A stretch of DNA of 64,000 nucleotides from an uncultured virus (IMG/VR IMGVR_UViG_3300049460_000260) (lineage: Duplodnaviria > Heunggongvirae > Uroviricota > Caudoviricetes), in the IMG/VR virus record IMGVR_UViG_3300049460_000260. One strand, given 5' to 3'. Positions 57,810 to 64,000 of this stretch are shown piece after piece. A model generated the notes under the pieces. It was not told the origin of the DNA and did not search any database. It worked only from the letters and a program-made list of their open reading frames with translations. Position numbers and translations under genes: made by a program. Positions within the stretch are counted from its first letter, which is position 1, and each line of letters opens with the position of its first letter.

Positions 57810-58577
57810 GTGGAACACGACCTGCAGAAAGTCAAAGAGCGCATCGCCAAACTTCTCGCGATGGCCAAGGACGCATCCAGCCCCAACGAGGCAGCGATTG
57901 CAGCCCAGCGCGCACGCGCGATGATGGACAAGTACCAGCTGGACGACTACGACATCAGCGAAGCCGTGCCTGACGTATTCGGAGAGCAAGACGCAACGCG
58001 CGCCTTCGCTGCGATCCCATACCACATGGACATCCTTGCGGTTGCGGTCGCGATGTACAATGACTGCCAGTTTATCTTCTATACGGCGCGTATGGACTAC
58101 AAGATGGAGTCCAAGCAGAACCAAAACGACAAGCTGGGTGGCGGCAACGCGAAGCGGTACGGAAAGAAAGGCGTCTTTCGCGGATACAAGCGCGACATCG
58201 AACTGGCCAAGCTGATGTTCGACAACCTTTGCGCAAACATCGACGCACTCTGCAAGAAGTACATGCAGGCCAACTATCCTGGCCGATACAGCGTGCGCAT
58301 TGGCGGAGAATATAAGGCCGCTGCCGCACGAGTCCTTTGCTCCAAGTTCCGCGAGATGACGGCAGAACGCGATGCGTTGACCTTCTCCACCGGCACATCC
58401 CTCGTCGTCGTTAAGTCCGCAGCGGTCAACGCGGCGTTCGGAGATGTCGAGTACACGAAGAAAAGCAAAGGCTCTTCAGTGTCTGACTACGAGTCGCAGA
58501 TTGAAAACGAACGCGCACGCGCAGCAGGCCACATCGACGGCCACAAGATCGAAATTATCAAACGTCTGGACGACTAA
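57810..58577 (+). CDS. DUF2786-domain protein
   Basis: KERIAKLLAMA..ASSPNEAAIA...ARAMMDKY. Confidence 0.75.
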   Translation: MEHDLQKVKERIAKLLAMAKDASSPNEAAIAAQRARAMMDKYQLDDYDISEAVPDVFGEQDATRAFAAIPYHMDILAVAVAMYNDCQFIFYTARMDYKMESKQNQNDKLGGGNAKRYGKKGVFRGYKRDIELAKLMFDNLCANIDALCKKYMQANYPGRYSVRIGGEYKAAAARVLCSKFREMTAERDALTFSTGTSLVVVKSAAVNAAFGDVEYTKKSKGSSVSDYESQIENERARAAGHIDGHKIEIIKRLDD

Positions 58578-58579
58578 CC

Positions 58580-59152
58580 ATGAGAATTTTGAACGCGAAG
58601 TTGGATAGCATCTACTTTTTTGAGCCTGACGAAGAGAAGAAGAAAGCGGAGATTGCCAGGCGCGTGGAGAAGCGAAGGGCAACGCTTTCACGCCTTTGCA
58701 TACGCTTCGATCCTGAAGTGGATTTGACCGACTCAGTAGGTGTGGCGATCACAGAGAGTCAGCTGGCAGACCTCATGATTGCCGGTGAGAAGGCTGACGT
58801 CAAAACGTCTGTGGATCTAACCGATGACCGGATGCTTCGAGCGGTCAAGACGCTCGAAGTCCTAACCGAGAAGCTGGACAAGTTCTCCAACGGCCTTCCG
58901 GAAGTTCAAGGTGCCATGTACAACGAGCGCGTCGAAGTCCACACGCCTGGTATGGGCCTGATGCTCTTCAACCGCGTCATGCTTCTCCAGGATGCCTGCA
59001 GCGATGCGCTTCAATCGGAGATGGACAACGGCTGGCGTATCGTCGCCGCGTGCCCACAACCGGACCAGCGACGACCTGACTACATCCTGGGCAGGTACGA
59101 TCCTGCTTATGCGCTCGAATCCGGCGCTGGACATTCAGCCTTGAGAGGCTAA
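58580..59152 (+). CDS. conserved hypothetical phage protein
   Basis: LQSEMDNGWRIVAAC.QPDQRRPDYILGR. Confidence 0.7.
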   Translation: MRILNAKLDSIYFFEPDEEKKKAEIARRVEKRRATLSRLCIRFDPEVDLTDSVGVAITESQLADLMIAGEKADVKTSVDLTDDRMLRAVKTLEVLTEKLDKFSNGLPEVQGAMYNERVEVHTPGMGLMLFNRVMLLQDACSDALQSEMDNGWRIVAACPQPDQRRPDYILGRYDPAYALESGAGHSALRG

Positions 59153-59183
59153 CCGGGCAATCGCCCATTCACAAGGAGTACTT

Positions 59184-59585
59184 ATGAAACGCACGCGCAT
59201 CGCCATGGCACTTGCCTGCGGCCTTTCCATCTTCGCCCTTTCCGGTTGCGACATGTATCCGCCGTACAAAGTGTACTCGCAGCGCATGGAAGGCGAAGCG
59301 GAGTTGGCCAAAGCGAACTCTTCGAAGCAGGTCAAGGTGCAAGAGGCAATCGCCGCTGAAGAGTCGGCGCAGCACTTGGCCAACGCGGAAGTTATCCGCG
59401 CTCGCGGCGTTGCTGCGGCCAACAAGATTGTCGCTGACGGCCTTGGCGGTCCGGAAGGATACTTGCGCTATCTGTATATCCAGACGCTGGAGAACACCAA
59501 GAACCAGATTGTGTACATCCCCACCGAAGCGGCGCTGCCGATTCTCGAAGCAGGTCGCGCGACGAAGCCGGTGGACGTCAAGTGA
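59184..59585 (+). CDS. lipoprotein resembling the C-terminal coiled coil of band-7/SPFH proteins
   Basis: lipobox LSG-C; AEVIRARGVAAANKI...YLRY..I, YIPTEAALPILEA. Confidence 0.7.
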   Translation: MKRTRIAMALACGLSIFALSGCDMYPPYKVYSQRMEGEAELAKANSSKQVKVQEAIAAEESAQHLANAEVIRARGVAAANKIVADGLGGPEGYLRYLYIQTLENTKNQIVYIPTEAALPILEAGRATKPVDVK

Positions 59586-59800
59586 ACGCACGGGCCAAGG
59601 CGTATCTGACCGCGCCGGTCAGCGTGTGGGAGTACGATATGAACGCGCTGCCGACCGGAACGAAGTGTATGCTTCTGAACCAAGGTGGCGTGGCCTGTCT
59701 CGGTTCGATCACGAACGTCACGCGCAGCCACTTTATCGCTTGGGCGCCCATGCCGAAGCGCGACAAGGAGCGCGAACGCGCGTTGGGGATCAAGGTATGA
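59582..59800 (+). CDS. hypothetical protein
   Basis: 72 aa; P.GTKC.LL..GGVA, AWAPMP. Confidence 0.65.
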   Translation: MNARAKAYLTAPVSVWEYDMNALPTGTKCMLLNQGGVACLGSITNVTRSHFIAWAPMPKRDKERERALGIKV

Positions 59801-60003
59801 AAGGCACCATCAAAGGGCAACCGTTCGTTGATACGCCGCGTGATGAGCAGGTCATCGCTATTACGCTCAAGGAGTATCACGCCCTGATCGCCAAGGCCGC
59901 GCGAACTTCTGTGACGGCGGCGATTGACGCGCGCATCGCCCTAATCGTCTCTGGGGCGGCGCTCGCGGTCGCACTTATCGGGGTTGCGAACATCTGGCAC
60001 TGA
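59797..60003 (+). CDS. small protein with C-terminal TM segment
   Basis: ATGA overlap; IALIVSGAALAVALIGVA. Confidence 0.55.
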   Translation: MKGTIKGQPFVDTPRDEQVIAITLKEYHALIAKAARTSVTAAIDARIALIVSGAALAVALIGVANIWH

Positions 60004-60062
60004 CGACAGGTACACCGTGGATAAGTAGTACAATTCACGGTGTACTACCGTCTGGAGGCCGA

Positions 60063-60215
60063 ATGGAATTTTTCGCATGCGCAGTGTTTATCGGCCTGAT
60101 GTTTCTTTGGTCGTCTCTCGATCAAGTCAAAACAGCAGCGTCGTGTTTCTGGCTGGTGATCCTCTTCATCGGCTTCATCACATCACCAAACGATAAGACT
60201 GACACCACACACTAA
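60063..60215 (+). CDS. small two-TM membrane protein (50 aa, not in ORF track)
   Basis: GGAGG RBS, TACAAT upstream; MEFFACAVFIGLMFLW...CFWLVILFIGFI. Confidence 0.55.
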   Translation: MEFFACAVFIGLMFLWSSLDQVKTAASCFWLVILFIGFITSPNDKTDTTH

Positions 60216-60353
60216 GGAGCCCAATAGTGTCCACAGCTGCACAGCAAATTATTATGGAGTCCGTAACAGTTGCAATCGGACTGATCGCGACAGTCCAACT
60301 ATTCCTGGATCACACCGGAACGTTGGACTGTCGCGTCAAGATAGAAGATGAAT

Positions 60354-61868
60354 TTAAAAGAAGGTCGCCGCAGAGCGCTTCGGACGGATCAGCGACATAA
60401 TCAGAGCATCAGCCACGTTCGGTGACTTAATCCCTCTGTCGCGCAGGTCGTCTTTACTCTCCACTTTGAACTTGCCCATTCTGTCTACATCCTTGTGGGG
60501 TGAGGCAAGTTCCATCTTGATCTTATCGATCATCTTCTTGCCCAACGTTTCCGAGTTCAAAGAGATGAGCTCATCAAACGGGTGCTTGACCCCTTTCACC
60601 ACCGCCTCATAGGTCTTCCGGAACCGGACCGCCACTTCATCCCAGCGCTGCGCCTTGATGTTCGAGAAGTGCTCGCCGTTCGTGATCGTTACGTGCGGAA
60701 AGACCATGTATGCGCCCTTGGGATCGTCAACCGCGCCGCCAGCGTTAAACGGCTCGTACACAATCCTGCGCTTGTGCTCTTCGTTTAGGTCAGCGAACTT
60801 CGAGCCTGCGAACGCTCCCACGCCGATGGAGTCCCAAACAATGTCGGAGTTCGATTCGACGGCCTTGTTGAAGACCTTCGCGCACGACTTCAGCAACTCG
60901 TCTTCCAGGCCTTGCCACTCGTCTGCTTTCATCACCACGTTGCCGACCGATTCGACAGTGGCATTCTTGTCCTTTCCATCGTCCGCAACGTCGAAGCCAA
61001 TTGAGCGCTTTCCGGACGGCTCCCAGCCAAGCGTGATGTGCGCATCAATCGCGGCCAGGATGTACTTCATCGGTATGATGGACTTGTCCGCGCCCATCTT
61101 AGGCTGACCACCGTACACGTGCACTGCCGATTCCGGCTCGCGCTTGTAGTAGTCGTAGATCACCTTCAACATTGTGATCGAGAGGAACGGGTTGTCCTGC
61201 CAGTTGATCTCGCGCGCTATCGTATCCGCTGGAGGATTGACGACGAAGTTCTGATATACAAAGTCAGTGAACTCATCTGGGTTGAAGATGAGCCAGACTT
61301 GGGAGTTGTCCTTACGAATGGTCGGTTCAATGACCTTCCACTGCTCTTCGTTCAGGTAGTGCGCCTCTTCGAGCCAGAGTATGTCCACGCCTTCAGTGGA
61401 CTTGATCTCTTCGAGGTTGCGCGCGATACCGTAGAACAAAAATTCTGAGCCGGTCCGTTTGTGACGGATGGACGTCTTCAGAATCTCGAAGTCAGCGCGG
61501 TACGGACTCGCGTTGATCTTGTCCTTGATCAGCGTGTATACGGACTCGCTGATCCGGTTCTGGAATTGGCGGGCGCAGAGTATCTTGACCGTGTAGTTGG
61601 CCGCGAGGAACACCGCGTAGCCAGCGGCATCGTGCGACTTGGATGAGCCGCGCCCACCATACAGGACCTTGTAGCGGCTCTCCGTCTCCCAGAACTCGCG
61701 GAGCGCCGGATTCAGCGCGTACATCGGCAGCTGCTCATCGTTCGCCGCGACGGTCGCGGCAAACCGCGCTTCGTTTAGTGTGCGGTAGACTTCCAGCCGT
61801 TCTGGATCATAATAGGCTGCTGGAAGGATTACGTCCCTGTCGTCAGGTACGCGCAGTGGGAGTCCCAT
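60354..61868 (-). CDS. terL: terminase large subunit (PBSX-like)
   Basis: YGGRGSSKS, WLEEA, FNP, GFDVAD, SPNVADA. Confidence 0.95.
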   Translation of the reverse strand: MGLPLRVPDDRDVILPAAYYDPERLEVYRTLNEARFAATVAANDEQLPMYALNPALREFWETESRYKVLYGGRGSSKSHDAAGYAVFLAANYTVKILCARQFQNRISESVYTLIKDKINASPYRADFEILKTSIRHKRTGSEFLFYGIARNLEEIKSTEGVDILWLEEAHYLNEEQWKVIEPTIRKDNSQVWLIFNPDEFTDFVYQNFVVNPPADTIAREINWQDNPFLSITMLKVIYDYYKREPESAVHVYGGQPKMGADKSIIPMKYILAAIDAHITLGWEPSGKRSIGFDVADDGKDKNATVESVGNVVMKADEWQGLEDELLKSCAKVFNKAVESNSDIVWDSIGVGAFAGSKFADLNEEHKRRIVYEPFNAGGAVDDPKGAYMVFPHVTITNGEHFSNIKAQRWDEVAVRFRKTYEAVVKGVKHPFDELISLNSETLGKKMIDKIKMELASPHKDVDRMGKFKVESKDDLRDRGIKSPNVADALIMSLIRPKRSAATFF

Positions 61869-61980
61869 AAGCTAGTGTTCCGTGGTTGTTCGAGCTATTC
61901 TAGCGGTTCAGCGGGGTTGGTGGACTATCAGAATTGATGACCGATAGAAATTATTAAGTCACTTTCCTCCACTGAATCAC

Positions 61981-62018
61981 AAAAATCTCTTGCCCACTGT
62001 GGTTTTGTGCTTCATACT
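61981..62018 (+). promoter_or_regulatory. sigma70-like early promoter
   Basis: A-tract, TTGCCC-17-CATACT. Confidence 0.65.
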
Positions 62019-62080
62019 CCTGTTTAAGCGCTGACGAACGAAGCGCGGAACCCAGAAAGAACCTAGAAAGGAGCGGTAAA

Positions 62081-62851
62081 ATGTCAACGATCAACATCAC
62101 CGAAGCAAAAACGGCTGACCTCGTCGCGTTCTACAACCTGAACATCGTCCGCTTTCCGGACGGTACGGTCATCAAGAAGTTCGCGGACCGCAAGACCGCT
62201 GAAAAGCGCGTTGCCGATCTGGTCGAAAAGATCGCATCCCACTTCCCTGACGAAGAAACCCCCGAAGGCACCATCCCGAATCCGGACGGCGACGTTGAGA
62301 TGGACGCTGCTGCAGAAGCGCTCGAAAACGAAGGCGGTTCGCAGGAAGGCGCTACGACCACCAACCTGAGCGAGATGCCCCTTGACGCCAACGGCATGGT
62401 CGCTGATGGCGCACCGGAAGAGCAAGAGGAAGACCCGGAAGTTGCGGCCAACCGCGCCGCCAAGAGCCACAGCGCCTTCAACGTTCTTCAAACGACCCTC
62501 GCCGCGCTGAACGAAGCCAGCGAGCGCGCCAAATCAGAAGGCACGAAGCCGGTCGCCAAGTCGTCGTCTTCGAAGGCTTCGAACAGCGACGGCGTTGCGG
62601 CCTCGTGGGTTGACTCGGATATCCGCGCCGCTCGCCTGACGCGTGATGGCGTCGAAGTGAACCTGGACGGCAACTCGGTCGGCATCTTCAAATCGACTCG
62701 CGAAGCCTTCCGCGCCCTGCGCCTGCCGGACAACAAGCACATCCGGTTCCGCCTGAAGCTGAAAGAGTCTCACCGCGACCAGGGCGAAGGCGCGACCTTC
62801 GAGCACAACGGCAAGAAGTATGTCTTCACCATCGTACAAGTAGCAGAGTAA
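62081..62851 (+). CDS. early protein with basic N/C domains and acidic linker (possible DNA-binding)
   Basis: AAAGGAG RBS; IKKFADRKTAEKRV; KHIRFRLKLK. Confidence 0.75.
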   Translation: MSTINITEAKTADLVAFYNLNIVRFPDGTVIKKFADRKTAEKRVADLVEKIASHFPDEETPEGTIPNPDGDVEMDAAAEALENEGGSQEGATTTNLSEMPLDANGMVADGAPEEQEEDPEVAANRAAKSHSAFNVLQTTLAALNEASERAKSEGTKPVAKSSSSKASNSDGVAASWVDSDIRAARLTRDGVEVNLDGNSVGIFKSTREAFRALRLPDNKHIRFRLKLKESHRDQGEGATFEHNGKKYVFTIVQVAE

Positions 62852-63029
62852 GCTAGTTGGAACGGGTCCGGTCTTCCGGACCCTCCAGGCCCAGTCAGGA
62901 ACGGAATCATGGACAACCTCATCGAAGTACTCACCGCAATGGACAGCGCCATGCTTACTATCGCCGTAGGTGGCCTTCTGGGCCTGGCTTGCCAGCGTAT
63001 TATCGGACGTTTCTTTAAGCCCAATTACT

Positions 63030-63236
63030 ATGACTATGCTAAACCCTCAGCACGCGCAAACCCTTAAGCCGCGAGCGCGGCAAGGATGGGGCGGATACTG
63101 GTTCGTCCGTTTTCCGGATACGCCCGGAAAAGGCTACGCCCATCCGAGTGGCGACCTGGATAAGTCCATCTCCATCGCTCACCGCAATCGAATCGAAGAC
63201 AACAACCGCCTTGCTAGGAAGTCTCCCGCACCATGA
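63030..63236 (+). CDS. hypothetical protein
   Basis: 68 aa from ATG 63030, ATGA overlap with the next ORF. Confidence 0.45.
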   Translation: MTMLNPQHAQTLKPRARQGWGGYWFVRFPDTPGKGYAHPSGDLDKSISIAHRNRIEDNNRLARKSPAP

Positions 63237-63622
63237 ACAACGCAGTTCTCGTCTCACTCTCGCGCCGTCTCGCTGGCGCTGCTGGGCTTCTGATCGGCCA
63301 TGGGCACGAGGATAGCAGCGAAGCGGTCAGAGAGGCAGCAAAGGCACTCCTAGCCAGCCAGATCGTTCTCGCGCTGGACAAGCCTAAGCCTGAAGACCTC
63401 GCTGCGCTCCGCGAACTGCGCCAATGGCACTTCGATCAAGCCAACGACTACGCCCACCGCGCAGCCGATCTCCAGAAGAAGGCATCCAGCCGAACATTCC
63501 AAGCCGATTCGCGCGACGCATTCGAGCGGACAGCAGACGGCTTCTCCAAGAAGTCCAACCAGCACCTGCGTTTCGTGCGCACGCTGAATTCCATTTTCGC
63601 GGAGTCTGATAAGGTGATCTAA
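63233..63622 (+). CDS. hypothetical protein
   Basis: 129 aa helical ORF followed by a terminator. Confidence 0.65.
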   Translation: MNNAVLVSLSRRLAGAAGLLIGHGHEDSSEAVREAAKALLASQIVLALDKPKPEDLAALRELRQWHFDQANDYAHRAADLQKKASSRTFQADSRDAFERTADGFSKKSNQHLRFVRTLNSIFAESDKVI

Positions 63623-63681
63623 GTGTCCAGCGCTCCGTTCGTTAGCGCACCAAACTCCCCAAAGTCTTTCTAGGTGTATTC

Positions 63682-63709
63682 ACCCGGCAGAAATGTCGGG
63701 TATTTTTTT
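63682..63709 (+). terminator. intrinsic terminator
   Basis: ACCCGGCA-GAAA-TGTCGGGT-ATTTTTTT. Confidence 0.75.
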
Positions 63710-63782
63710 GATTCTCACCTATACTCATAGTGCAGGAAAGAGATTGACTAACCCACTTTGATACGACCTAAGGAGATTGATC

Positions 63783-64000
63783 ATGATTGCACATACGACC
63801 GCACGTGAAGTCCTTCGCGTTACTGGCGTTCCGACGAAGAAGAGCAAGAAGGCTTCAGCGCAACAGAAGGCCATCCGGACGGCAGCGCCGCACTACATGA
63901 CGGAAGTCCAGGCAGAAGCGCTCCGCGTTGCGGGCGAACAAGGCTGGGTCGCGCGCTCCATCGTCGCCAACGCGAAGGAGAAGCGCTGTGCCGTGTCGAT
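63783..64000 (+). CDS. hypothetical protein, truncated by window end
   Basis: AAGGAG RBS, ATG 63783, frame open to the end. Confidence 0.6.
   Translation, partial: MIAHTTAREVLRVTGVPTKKSKKASAQQKAIRTAAPHYMTEVQAEALRVAGEQGWVARSIVANAKEKRCAVS

Noticed and set aside
1..64000. tRNA genes, integrase/lysogeny module, alternative genetic code
   Set aside because: No cloverleaf or recombinase recognised by eye; core genes read full length in the standard code.

Overview
The window covers most of a lytic myovirus genome whose gene content and order resemble the PB1/BcepF1 group (Lindbergviridae-like). This assignment is from recognition of the proteins, not from a database search. No tRNA, rRNA, CRISPR array or integrase was seen. 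Layout: (i) small early ORFs on + (1-2.9 kb); (ii) terminase small subunit, VirE-type helicase and RepB-type primase on - (3-7.6 kb); (iii) a long + strand DNA-metabolism arm (7.9-30.9 kb) with a RecD-like helicase, a nucleotide-metabolism cluster, DnaQ, DnaE, three free-standing HNH-type endonucleases, an SNF2 helicase, an SSB-like protein, holin and spanins, NUDIX and ligase; (iv) the - strand virion module from GH19 endolysin to portal (31-56.7 kb); (v) a + strand accessory island, TerL on -, and further early genes. Best candidates for new biology: a probable DNA base-hypermodification pathway built around an active-site-divergent ThyX (with FAD oxidoreductase, two HADs, a DUF6378/Nmad-like domain, SDR, DUF4406 and VOC enzymes); two homologous non-coding elements 48.7 kb apart, each upstream of a packaging/head gene; a portal fused to an InPase-like domain; a candidate structured small RNA; and an unannotated 39-aa lipoprotein.
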